Made by a program: the position numbers and the translations under genes
Source of the DNA: Candidatus Bathyarchaeia archaeon
Lineage (GTDB): Archaea > Thermoproteota > Bathyarchaeia > Bathyarchaeales > Bathycorpusculaceae
DNA: 64,000 nucleotides
Reading direction: 5' to 3'
Assembly: GCA_050012255.1 (NCBI GenBank)
Contig: JBEKHN010000001.1
Coordinates: 288,001-352,000, forward strand
Shown: positions 1 through 9,280 of the stretch, piece after piece
Position numbering within the stretch: the stretch's first letter is position 1
Layout: every line of letters starts with the position of its first letter
Notes under the pieces: model-generated
What the model saw: only the letters and a program-made list of their open reading frames with translations
What the model was told of the DNA's origin: nothing
Database searches by the model: none

Positions 1-1244
1 TTGATGATCTGTTCATAAAGCCCCAGTGTTTTTTCAGCTATCTTGTCCCACGTGAACTCGTTCAGGACTCTGCGTCTGCCGTTTTTGCCCAGCCACTTTC
101 TTTTCTCATCGTTTTCCAAGACGCTGTTTATGCCCCAAGCTATGTCTGATGGGTTGCTTGGATCTATGTGATAACCGCACTGTTCTTCGCCGTAATACAC
201 GACTATCTCCCGCATACCGCTGATGCCAGCTGCACCGATGACAACTGGTCGGCCCATACTCATTGCCTCCAGAACGACTATTCCGAAGGGTTCATAGAAG
301 CTTGGGAAAACAGCGACATCGCAGGCTGCATAGTGAAGGATTCGTTCTTCCTCAGGTATGAATTCAAACCTGAGCTTCACGTAGTCACTCATTTTCGTGG
401 CCTTGACCAAATTCATTAGGTATTCTTGCAAGTCGCCTAGACCCACAATTACAAGCTTCGTCTTTGGATTTTTCTGCAGAACGTGGGGTAACGCCATGAT
501 AAGCTTGTCAACGCCTTTGACGCCACTGAGTCTGCCTATGAAAAGAATCATGTAGTCATCGTCTCTGATATCATACATCGCCCTGATTTTCTTGATCTGC
601 TCAGATGTAACTGTTGCTGGATCGTATTTCTTTGGGTCGACCCCGTTGTAAGCAACTTGGATCTTTTCTTTCTGGCAGCCTAAGCCTACCAGCTCATCCT
701 TCATCGCATAAGAAACTGTCACGACAAGGTCAGCCGCCCTGGTGGCGGCGAGTTCAATGTTGCTCACCGTAACCGAGCCCTTTCCAAGCGTTCTTCCTTT
801 CTCTGTTGAGTGAACGTGGAACGCAAAAGGCAATCCTGCCTCTTTCTTAACAGCCATTCCCCCTATAGCTGAAAGCCAGTCATGAGCAACTACGAGGTCG
901 TATTTGATACCTTCCTTTCTTATGAGTTCATTTACGAGTTTTGCAGCGCTCAGACAATTGTACACGAGCATTTTTGAGAACCACTGTATCCCACTACCCC
1001 ACTTCTTTATGTCTTCTGCAACTACGTCGGGCAACGAGTCAGAAATGTCAAGGTGCAGCGGCCGGTGGATTTCGATACCTCGCCAAATCTCACGCGTCGG
1101 TAGGCCATTTGCATCATCATTCATGGTGAAAACTGTAACGTCATTGTCCATGAGAACAAACTGGCGAGTTATTTCAGCCGAGTAGGTTCCCAAGCCACCG
1201 ACGATCGTTGGGGGATACTCGTAGACCAGAACAGCAAGCTTCAC
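1..1244 (-). CDS. Glycosyltransferase family 4 (glycogen synthase-like), runs off the left edge
   Basis: Manual translation from GTG at 1244: MKLAVLVYEYPPTIVGGLGTY...VVAHDWLS...FHVHSTE...LFIGRLSGVKGVD...PSFYEPFGIVVLEAMSMG (GT-B EX7E motif); open to position 1. Confidence 0.9.
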   Translation of the reverse strand, partial: MKLAVLVYEYPPTIVGGLGTYSAEITRQFVLMDNDVTVFTMNDDANGLPTREIWRGIEIHRPLHLDISDSLPDVVAEDIKKWGSGIQWFSKMLVYNCLSAAKLVNELIRKEGIKYDLVVAHDWLSAIGGMAVKKEAGLPFAFHVHSTEKGRTLGKGSVTVSNIELAATRAADLVVTVSYAMKDELVGLGCQKEKIQVAYNGVDPKKYDPATVTSEQIKKIRAMYDIRDDDYMILFIGRLSGVKGVDKLIMALPHVLQKNPKTKLVIVGLGDLQEYLMNLVKATKMSDYVKLRFEFIPEEERILHYAACDVAVFPSFYEPFGIVVLEAMSMGRPVVIGAAGISGMREIVVYYGEEQCGYHIDPSNPSDIAWGINSVLENDEKRKWLGKNGRRRVLNEFTWDKIAEKTLGLYEQII

Positions 1245-1316
1245 TGTTTCTCATCGTTGCCCGTTTCTTAATAGTCCCTTACTGATTATCACGCGCGCGT
1301 GTTTCGCAAGGTTTTC

Positions 1317-1604
1317 CTACTCTTTTGCGAGGGTTATTTCCATTGTTGAAACCATCCGTGCTCTGTTTTCGCCTTCTCTTGCTGGCATCTCCTCCGTTCC
1401 GATAGCGATTTTGCTCACTTTTAGGTCTTTTAGGAAGCGATTTCTGGTTATTTCAGCTACGTCAACAGCTGTAGTGATCGCTTGTCCTCTTGCTTTCAAA
1501 ACTACTTCCTTAGCATCGCCAGCCGATAGTCTTGTCATGACTGCCAGAACATAGTCCATTGGTGGTTTACTTCCAATGAAAACAATTGCCGATTTTTCCG
1601 ACAT
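1317..1604 (-). CDS. albA: DNA/RNA-binding protein Alba
   Basis: [15 protein letters not shown]...[25 protein letters not shown]...VSTMEITL is the Alba signature; GGAGTGA RBS upstream. Confidence 0.95.
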   Translation of the reverse strand: MSEKSAIVFIGSKPPMDYVLAVMTRLSAGDAKEVVLKARGQAITTAVDVAEITRNRFLKDLKVSKIAIGTEEMPAREGENRARMVSTMEITLAKE

Positions 1605-2616
1605 TTCAAATCACTCCTTTCATCATTAATTGTAACGTGCAACGTTGTTGTGTTCTTCCGGTCTCTCAACAACAGAACGCTGTTGCCCTTATACTACGCA
1701 TACTTCCTTATAAAGCGAAAAGACAACAGAGTAGCCTAAGGATATTTTCACAGCTCCCAAATCCTAGATTCCGGCCTTAGACGCAGCATTCACTTCGCAT
1801 TTAGGTGAAAGTTATAATCCTTGTTTGTTGTTACTATTTGATTCTAGGAAGGAAGATTTGTTTGAAACGATCGAGGAAAAAGCAGGCGAAAAGAGAACGA
1901 TTGTTGAAAAGAATGAAAAGTCGAGGGAAATGGAAACATGGAAAGAGTAACGTTAAGAAAGTAAGGAGACTTGAAGAAGCGCAGGCTCGTCTAGCCAATG
2001 CGTCTCCATAGGTGAAGGCGTCCGTAGCTTACGAAACATGCTTATTCTTTACTAGTTCCTTTCTCTTCGCTTGAACAAAGGAATTATGACATAGTCTGAA
2101 CGCCTAGTCCAGCGTTTTTCGTGATGTTTCTAAGGTCTATCTACGTAGAATAAGGCATTATAGCTATTGCTTTCTCAGCCTTCCTAATATTGGGTGGACA
2201 TCGCCATTGCGCCCTTCCTTCTATGAGGTTGACCCAGCAATTAAATGGCGCGCATACTTGTTCCTAAATTCCGTTCACGAGGGGTGCATGGCGTTTTCCG
2301 ATGGTCGATGGTCACTGTCACGGTTCAGCTGGGTGCTTGCGTGCTCACACCCTCCCCCCTCAGGGTATTCTACATGACCCAAATATGGTTGAAGAGCAAA
2401 ATGAGGAGCACAAGCCACTTCCCAAAAGAATTCAGGAACACGCTAGCGCGCGGAAGAAGCGCGAAGAAACTGAAGAGAACGCAAAAAAGCGACTTTTAGC
2501 CTCTCATCCTTATAAGCTGGGCTGATAATGTATATTGCAAGAAAGGCGTGCTAACTAACTTATCGCAACATCATTTGCCGTAGGACTAGCTTGCTTTTTC
2601 TGAAGGGTATTACAAC

Positions 2617-2916
2617 ATGTTAAATGTGGGGAAGGTATCTAACGGAAACCGCAGCAGATTACAGATCATAACGGAGATTCTGAGGCAGCTGCGAATACCG
2701 GGAGGAAAGGCGAACATCATGTCCCATTGTAACATGAGCACCGCACAATCAGGGCAATACTTGAATCTTATGACGTCAAGTAGTCTCATTCGGATGGGTG
2801 CTGATGCAGGAAAAGTGACGTACCAGAGAACAGAAGCTGGCCTAGAGTTTCTAGAATTATACAAGAAGATGGCTCTGCTACTTGATACTGGCATTTCTTC
2901 ACCTTTTCTAGTTTAG
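2617..2916 (+). CDS. Winged-helix transcriptional regulator (HTH_45-like)
   Basis: RSRLQIITEIL...KANIMSHCNMS...QYLNLM...YQRTEAGLEFLELY pattern. Confidence 0.8.
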   Translation: MLNVGKVSNGNRSRLQIITEILRQLRIPGGKANIMSHCNMSTAQSGQYLNLMTSSSLIRMGADAGKVTYQRTEAGLEFLELYKKMALLLDTGISSPFLV

Positions 2917-2944
2917 CCAAGACGGAGGAAATAATCAAGGAGAG

Positions 2945-3127
2945 GTGATGTTGTTGCTGAATATTAGGGATGTCAGGAAGTGCAGGAACTCTTTGGAGCT
3001 AAACGACTTCATCGAGAAGTACATTGCCGAGGGGAACTCGCAAAACGAGAGTGTCGACAGTACATACTGGAGTCTGTTCGAAGAATGGAAAAGGACTCTG
3101 AAGAAGAAGCCCACGAGCATGCTTTAA
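2945..3127 (+). CDS. Hypothetical small protein
   Basis: GAGGTG RBS-like sequence overlapping the start; the stop abuts a CGCGCGC motif. Confidence 0.35.
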   Translation: MMLLLNIRDVRKCRNSLELNDFIEKYIAEGNSQNESVDSTYWSLFEEWKRTLKKKPTSML

Positions 3128-3398
3128 CGCGCGCTTAATGAAGGGCAACTGCCTATTTTTAGGCGTCGATCTGCAAGCGCTTCTTACACTTGGCCGGGAT
3201 TCGAATGAAGAAGAGTGAAGAGAAAATCAGTAATTGGGCGTTCACCTCGCACGCATTGGGAATCACAGAGGAATGCTCGAAGAAAGCCTGAAGAAATTCA
3301 GGTCATTAGAGGATATATCCAATGAGCAGAGAAGGAAAGATGCAAGTCTACCCCCTCTACTTGTACCGATATGAGTAGCGGGCAGATATTGAAACGCA

Positions 3399-3626
3399 TT
3401 ATCCGAGCAGGACTTCCAATATCAATTTGTGACGCAAGACCTTAGCAAGGTCTGCTTGTTCTATAGCATCCTCCAAAGCATCAAGTTCTCTTTGCACAGA
3501 CTTTCTCATTTCTTCGCTAATTCTTTGATTGATCTCTTTCATTCGTTTCTGATAAAGTTCGTCCGCCTCTCCTCTAAGTCTCCAATAACGCTCCAGCAAA
3601 GATTCCTTTTTGGTTTGTTCCATCAT
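3399..3626 (-). CDS. Hypothetical helical/coiled-coil protein
   Basis: 75-aa ORF with an AGGTG RBS and a charged helical composition. Confidence 0.55.
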   Translation of the reverse strand: MMEQTKKESLLERYWRLRGEADELYQKRMKEINQRISEEMRKSVQRELDALEDAIEQADLAKVLRHKLILEVLLG

Positions 3627-4010
3627 TCACACCTTTCTCATCTGTTTTTGTTTGTTACTTGGGTTGCCTCAGTTCATTGATTGTATCAACAGGCATTAAT
3701 AGTTTAAGCACCCACGAGAAAAGAAGACAAGCGTCTTTGTTCTCAAGTGAGAAGAAGGCAGTTACATGGGTTACACAAGAGGAAAAACAAGAGAAGAAGA
3801 TCTTAAAAAACCTAAGCCTCAGAAAAAGAAGGAGAGAGAAGAGAAGCGGAAGAAGAAAAAACTTGCCCGGGTCGAAAGACAACAGTCCAGATAGGCTCGT
3901 CTAGAGCACAAGCAAGAGAAACTTTCTGTTCGCACAGCACGCGCACATGGCGTGAGTCTGTTTCTCACCCAGCGATTGTCTTCTTTTCAGCGCTCGTTTT
4001 CGCACATAAC

Positions 4011-4080
4011 GAGTTTACACAGGTTCTAGGCTATGCCATAAAGACTCACACAAGAGTTTACACATGCAAATGATTTATAT
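4011..4080 (+). promoter_or_regulatory. Putative promoter: direct repeat GAGTTTACACA (4011, 4054) followed by TATA box TTTATAT (4074)
   Basis: 11-bp repeat seen twice upstream of a TATA box about 40 bp before the ATG at 4118. Confidence 0.4.
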
Positions 4081-4117
4081 CCGACTTTCCTAAACTCTTT
4101 CCTCCGAGAGTGCAAAT

Positions 4118-4435
4118 ATGCCAATATTTTTGATAATTTCCAGGCATTCCGCAGAGAACTGTCCGCTGAACAATGAGAAAATGAAGAAAATGACGTTAGA
4201 ATTGCCAGCCAAATTGGGCGGACTGGAGAAGAAACATGGAGTGAAGAGGATTGGAGCATGGACTGTTGTTCCGGAACATCTGCTGATTTGGGTCTATGAA
4301 GCCCAAAGCTCAGACGCTCTGCAAAAATTCTCACTGGAACCAGAAATCGTTAAATGGATGGCTTGGAACACGAGCGAAATCAAACTAGCAATGAGTCTCG
4401 AAGAAAGCCTGAAATTACTAAAACAAGCCAAATGA
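4118..4435 (+). CDS. DUF3303/GYD-like small protein
   Basis: FLIISRHSAENCP...KKHGVKRIGAWTVVPEHLLIWVYEA; followed by a T-tract terminator. Confidence 0.7.
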   Translation: MPIFLIISRHSAENCPLNNEKMKKMTLELPAKLGGLEKKHGVKRIGAWTVVPEHLLIWVYEAQSSDALQKFSLEPEIVKWMAWNTSEIKLAMSLEESLKLLKQAK

Positions 4436-4493
4436 AATCCCAACTTTTTTTCTCTGATTTTGCACCGGTCATTCAGCCAGCGTACGCTCGTAA

Positions 4494-4775
4494 TTAATCT
4501 CTGTGTTCGTGGGATTCCTCTTCAGACTCTTCTTCATTTTCTTCTTCTTCCTCAGCAGCTTCTTCTCCCACGGCTCTTGCTTCTTCTTCAACTTTTCCTT
4601 CTGCAGGATAAGCCTCATCTAACCAAATCCTGAACTGTTCTTTGCTCTCAGGATCGGAAAAGGCCCACTCACACAGTTGACTGACGACGGCGTTGAGATC
4701 GATGTCATGATCGTCTGCCAAATTCTTCAGAAACTGTTCCCACTTTGCAGGCAAAGATACCGGAGGCCCAACCAT
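4494..4775 (-). CDS. Hypothetical protein with acidic C-terminal tail
   Basis: 93-aa ORF, GGTGA RBS-like sequence, TTTAAAT-like TATA upstream. Confidence 0.65.
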   Translation of the reverse strand: MVGPPVSLPAKWEQFLKNLADDHDIDLNAVVSQLCEWAFSDPESKEQFRIWLDEAYPAEGKVEEEARAVGEEAAEEEEENEEESEEESHEHRD

Positions 4776-4874
4776 CTTACTCTTTCACCATCACCTTTTA
4801 TGATTCAAGCCATATTTAAGCTTCAGACGTACTTGTTGCCCGAAACGTGCCAGCAATTAAGCACGCGCTTCAAG

Positions 4875-5505
4875 CTAGCGAGCGTTTTCGTAGAAAGAAT
4901 CAGGCATTGACCTTGACCATGCGTTCGGATTTTTGTAATTGACTGCTGGCGCCATATCTTCCGTCTGCTTTTCTTCTCCGGCAAAGATTTTTTTCATTTT
5001 TGACGAGTTCTCTGTGAGTCTCCTCATCTCTGATGATGGTTTCAAGAATGCCCTTTAGGTCTTCTAAGTCCACATTGTAGGTCTCGCGGATTTCTCTTGT
5101 CGTGTATTGAAGGGTCTTCAGCTGAATCAGAATATAATACTCTTCGCCAACAGTGCTCTCTAGGAGCATCAGCTTTTCAACCAACGATGACATGTGCTCT
5201 CTGGGTATTCTCTCCTTTCTGGAGATCTCTCCTGCAAGACGCTCAATTGCCGTCCAGGTTCCGCCAAAGAAGAGTTTCTTTTCGCAACCTCTGGGTTGCT
5301 TTTTTTGCTTAACTATGCTTTCGCTTATTCCTTTGAGGATTATGGAATGTTTCCGACTATCGAATGCTATGTGAAGCAGCAAGGAATTGATTAGCGGGAG
5401 ATTCACTTTGTCGGCAAGACTCTTGTAAAGTAGGTATGCCCTTTCTTCCAAAATGCTAGCGCAGCGCAGAAAGTCTGCAACGCTTTCCTGTTTGAGCTTT
5501 GTCAT
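4875..5505 (-). CDS. Ferritin-like/rubrerythrin-family protein, apparent frameshift near 5000
   Basis: E..AY..Y, DSRKH, EEYY and DEETH carboxylate motifs; the alternative frame continues KMKKIFAGEEKQTEDMAPAVNYKNPNAWSRSMPDSFYENAR* to 4875. Confidence 0.7.
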
Positions 5506-5598
5506 CCATAGACTCCCTTCTGACTAAGGTAATCGCAAAATGATAAACAATTTATGAATCCGAAATCTAGACGCACACTAAAGGAAAGAGACTGGATT

Positions 5599-5751
5599 CT
5601 ATCTTTGTTCTTTTACCAACAACAGTCTCTTCGCGATCTCTTTAGAGATCTTTTCGAGACCCTCAGCTAATTCTGCACGGGTAACCTCGTCTAGTGGATA
5701 CACTTTCCCATTCTTATCGATGAATGCAAGTTCCAACTTCCTTTTTTCCAC
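5599..5751 (-). CDS. 50-aa microprotein MEKRKLELAFIDKNGKVYPLDEVTRAELAEGLEKISKEIAKRLLLVKEQR
   Basis: Manual translation; strong RBS GGAGGTGA just upstream of the GTG; below the ORF-track cutoff. Confidence 0.6.
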   Translation of the reverse strand: MEKRKLELAFIDKNGKVYPLDEVTRAELAEGLEKISKEIAKRLLLVKEQR

Positions 5752-5840
5752 CGTTTCACCTCCTTCACACTCTATCATCTGCTACGGCGCGCGCTAACCT
5801 AAGAATGACAAGTTTCAATCCGCCACGTAGATCTAGTTTT

Positions 5841-6122
5841 TCAGTAGTTGCCGCGAGCGCGAGCGAGTTTGTATTTTCTATCTGACTCATCTGACTCTTG
5901 CTTGATCTTTCTATCTGACTCCTCGATCGCTCGATCGCGATCGAGCGACGCTTGCTTGATATAGTTGTGTTCGCTCAGGTAGGCCGTCACGATTGATCTG
6001 ACTATTTCTGCGTCTTTTGTTCCAAAGCCTTTCAACGACTGGATAATCTTCACTTGGTCTTCATCGAAGGTCACAAGAACCCGTTTACGCGAGCGTGCAC
6101 TTTGACTAATCACATTTGTCAT
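5841..6122 (-). CDS. CopG/ribbon-helix-helix regulator with repeat-derived C-terminal tail
   Basis: KRVLVTFDEDQVKIIQSLKGFGTKDAEIVRSIVTAYLSE is an archaeal RHH pattern. Confidence 0.7.
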   Translation of the reverse strand: MTNVISQSARSRKRVLVTFDEDQVKIIQSLKGFGTKDAEIVRSIVTAYLSEHNYIKQASLDRDRAIEESDRKIKQESDESDRKYKLARARGNY

Positions 6123-6127
6123 ATTCT

Positions 6128-6285
6128 TTAATCTTCATGCTCTGTCATATACTCTTTGAGAGCCCTGGCTGCTTCCTCGCTTACTTTCCGACTTGATCCG
6201 TGCTTCTGAACAACAAAGAGGAACATTGTTTCCAGGTGTCTTCGCCCATGTTTAGGCTGATCTCCTTTTTCGGCATGTCCGTCAT
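6128..6285 (-). pseudogene. RHH-type regulator with a 1-bp frameshift
   Basis: MTDMPKKEISLNMGEDTWKQ / FLFVVQKHGSSRKVSEEAARALKEYMTEHED* in two frames; 158 bp long. Confidence 0.55.
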
Positions 6286-6359
6286 GCTTACCGTCACACA
6301 TTTATAAGTTTGCTCTCAGTGCGCGAAAATCTTAAAAACAGGCAAACGGAGTTATCTGT

Positions 6360-6713
6360 ATGGTCAAACTAGTTCCTGTTGTCTGCCCACAATGTGGTGC
6401 TGACCTCCAGATTCCTGGTCATCTCAAGAAGGCATACTGCACCTATTGTGGGGCACAAATAGTATTTGAGAAGGAAGTGGAGAAGACCAGACTGTGTCCA
6501 GAATGCGGAGGTACAGGAAAATGCCTGCCTCGCGCGACATCTGGAAAAATGGTGCCCACATGTCACGGAACGGGTAGATGCGCCGCTTGTGAAGGAACTG
6601 GAAAAATAGGGAACTTGCCGTGTGACCTATGCAAAGGGAGCGGAAAATGTTCGAGCTGCGGCGGGACAGGAAAATGCTCAAAATGTGGAGGCTCTGGTCG
6701 AGTAGTATCTTGA
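6360..6713 (+). CDS. Cys-rich Zn-finger protein (zinc ribbon plus DnaJ-like CxxCxGxG repeats)
   Basis: CPQCG, CTYCG, then about six CxxCxG[TS]G repeats; TATA-like sequences upstream. Confidence 0.8.
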   Translation: MVKLVPVVCPQCGADLQIPGHLKKAYCTYCGAQIVFEKEVEKTRLCPECGGTGKCLPRATSGKMVPTCHGTGRCAACEGTGKIGNLPCDLCKGSGKCSSCGGTGKCSKCGGSGRVVS

Positions 6714-6847
6714 CGCCCCGAGCACGCGCCCCAACTAGCCGATTTCTTTAAGACTGCGCTTTCTCAAGAACTATTGTTTTGCATTAGTAGACTAATGTAG
6801 AACCTGTTAAATCCTTGGAAGATAGCCAATGTACGGAAGGCGAAATC

Positions 6848-7027
6848 ATGGGCGATCACCGATGCGAGAATTGCGGGAAGATGTTCTACACCCGGTATGT
6901 GCAATACATAGGCAAGTGCTTATGTCCAGAATGTAGGCGCAAATCGGGAGCAGCCAAAAAAGAAAAGGAATACGGAGAGGCAAAAGAATACTGGGAAGCG
7001 AGGAAAAAGGAAGTGCGGGACTTTTGA
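6848..7027 (+). CDS. Small Zn-finger protein
   Basis: HRCENCGK...CLCPECRR. Confidence 0.65.
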   Translation: MGDHRCENCGKMFYTRYVQYIGKCLCPECRRKSGAAKKEKEYGEAKEYWEARKKEVRDF

Positions 7028-7187
7028 TTGCTTCTTTTGGCACAGGAGGGAGGAACGCAAGGGTAGCTACGACTAGACTTTTCCGAGCAGTTTCTGTTGA
7101 TAATCTCTCCATTGAGTCTTAGCATAGTTGACTCATGTAGAATGACTTAAAAACGCGGAACAGATACTGATAATAGGGTTGTAAACT

Positions 7188-7373
7188 ATGGTTCGGTGCT
7201 CATGTGGAACAGATAACTTGGAGAAGAAATTCTGCACGGACTGTGGTAAGCAATTACTGTATGATTGCGGAAAATGCAAGAAACTTGTAGCTATAACGGA
7301 GAAATTCTGCGGAACATGCGGGACTGAGAACCCTCATTATGACGCTAAGGCATATAGCACACGGCCGCGCTAA
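7188..7373 (+). CDS. Double zinc ribbon microprotein
   Basis: CSCG...KFCTDCG...CGKC...KFCGTCG. Confidence 0.75.
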   Translation: MVRCSCGTDNLEKKFCTDCGKQLLYDCGKCKKLVAITEKFCGTCGTENPHYDAKAYSTRPR

Positions 7374-7607
7374 GCAGATTCTCTCTTTTTGCGTTATTGC
7401 CCCACCCAAGCAGCTTTTCTTGGTAGTCTCGCCATTGCGTTTTTACGTAAGGCCCTAGACTTTCTATATCGCTAGCCCCCACGAAGGTCAATCGATGTTG
7501 ACCCCCACTGCTAGATTAACTCAAGACATCGTGGCTATAGTATGTCTGCGTCCTGAAAGCGAAATTTCAACTGATTCGTTGCTTAATAACCTTAAAGGAA
7601 TCATGAC

Positions 7608-7866
7608 CTATCCAATCGAGACATTGGAACCGACAAAGTTGTTGCGGAAAAAGCTGTTGTTGAAGGACCCAATCCCCTCATACACTCTCCATAGTTCAAC
7701 ATCGAAGTGGAAGTTGCTGAGATAGTTCTTGTGTATAGTATTGTTGGAAGAATCATAGAACCCATTGCCGATACTATTATCCTCGATTGTGTTTCTTTCA
7801 ATCTTGTTGTTTGTGACTCCTGCGAGACGAAACCCAATAGTGTTATTTTGGTTTTCTGAAAAGCAT
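7608..7866 (-). pseudogene. Fragment of a NosD/parallel beta-helix surface protein
   Basis: Manual frame ENQNNTIGFRLAGVTNNKIERNTIEDNSIGNGFYDSSNNTIHKNY...NNSFFRNNF; no intact start. Confidence 0.55.
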
Positions 7867-8160
7867 CACATTATCGTCAATGAAAAAACCTTTCCATTTA
7901 ACGTCACACTTTTTGCGGGGAACCTTCAACCCTGCGATCGCGCCTTCTCCTGCAAAGAGACAAAAGCACCCTAATAACAGTAGCACGCGCGCAGTGACTA
8001 CGAGTGAAACATACGAGGTCAAACTGGCATTAAACATAAAAGAAATAACTAAAATGCTACGACAAACCAAATGGGCTTACATCTGGGCAAAAAACTCAAA
8101 ATCCCTCTTTTTCTCTTCATCGATGAGCATCAACATTTGTGATGGCGTGAATTGAGTAGC

Positions 8161-8207
8161 GTGTGTTTGGGGTAAAGTTTTATCCCAAAACCCAAACCCA
8201 AACACAC
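8161..8207. repeat. Inverted repeat GTGTGTTTGGG...CCCAAACACAC with internal CCCAAA(A) repeats
   Basis: 11-bp arms read directly from the sequence. Confidence 0.6.
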
Positions 8208-8331
8208 ACAAACTGAGACACAGACAGACACGTAGCATAGAAAAAAGTCAGTCTATGATTTTGCGGAAAAGCTATAGCTGAACCGCATAGTTCAAAAAGA
8301 TTTTAGGTAGGAAAGACTGTCAATTGAATGT

Positions 8332-9000
8332 ATGAGCGACAGATTTGCAGATGTTTGGGAAAGAAGAAAGAACGTCCAATTGAATGTAACGAAATATTGG
8401 GTTGACAATGATTGGACTAAGGGAAGAAATCAATATCTGACTTTTCATGTAAGGATTAGAGATGCGGGACTGATTGAGAAGATAGTTGAGATTCAGAGTT
8501 GGCTATCCACTATTTCTTGTGTTGCCCCATTCCCCAAAGATTATTTTCACATATCTGTAGCGGAGCTTGGATTCTTGGCAAAATCAGAAGAATATGAAGA
8601 CGATATTTTGGTTGAGAACTTGCAGAGAATAATCAATCAAGCGAAAGAAGTCTTACAACAATTCAGCAAATTTGATGTATTCCTTTCTAAACTCAACATT
8701 TTCCCAGATGTTGTTTTTGTGGAGGTTCATGATGGGAACAAAATTGAAGAGATACATAGAAGACTGCAGGCAATACCCGAGATAAGAAAGAGGAAATTTG
8801 ACCATCCAAGTTTTTTGCCTCACATCAGCATAATGCATTTTCAGAAGAAAGAAGATTTCACCAGACTAATCAGCTACCTAGAAAAGCTGAGGGATACAGA
8901 GTTTGGAAAAATGACTGTTAATTCCATAGAGCTAGTGAACGCTCATTTATTCAAGAAACATCCAAAACTCAAGACCATCCATACTTTTGAGTTAAAATAA
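8332..9000 (+). CDS. 2H phosphoesterase (2'-5' RNA ligase/LigT-like)
   Basis: Two HxS motifs (FHISV, PHISI) at typical spacing. Confidence 0.85.
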   Translation: MSDRFADVWERRKNVQLNVTKYWVDNDWTKGRNQYLTFHVRIRDAGLIEKIVEIQSWLSTISCVAPFPKDYFHISVAELGFLAKSEEYEDDILVENLQRIINQAKEVLQQFSKFDVFLSKLNIFPDVVFVEVHDGNKIEEIHRRLQAIPEIRKRKFDHPSFLPHISIMHFQKKEDFTRLISYLEKLRDTEFGKMTVNSIELVNAHLFKKHPKLKTIHTFELK

Positions 9001-9280
9001 CAGCTTAATTGGGGAGCCTCAAACTTGTTGGAAATATACGAAGAACTGGGTGTTGTAAAATACACAGAAAAAGCAAAGGGAACTGCTTCCGAGTAAATGG
9101 GAAAAAACTGTAGAATTATCCTCTGTCGGTCCTTTTAAACCAGTTTGACCTTTCTTTTCTCAGAAGAAAACGGTCATGTGAAGACGGACTTCGGGAGAAC
9201 TCCCACACTTCTTGTGGTTTCGTGCAAAAACTGATATACCTGAACCATATAGGGAGTGTGATCAAGAAGTGGCAGTAGAA

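Noticed and set aside
1750-2600. Several overlapping 60-85-aa ORFs
   Set aside because: No recognisable motifs, conflicting frames and no clear RBS; at most decayed remnants.
3190-3206. TTCGAATCCCGGCC (minus strand) resembling a tRNA T-arm/att remnant
   Set aside because: Only about 14 bp, no cloverleaf and no second copy in the window; could be chance.
9001-9097. Short frame NLLEIYEELGVVKYTEKAKGTASE*
   Set aside because: Possibly a gene 3' remnant at the element boundary, but too short to assign.
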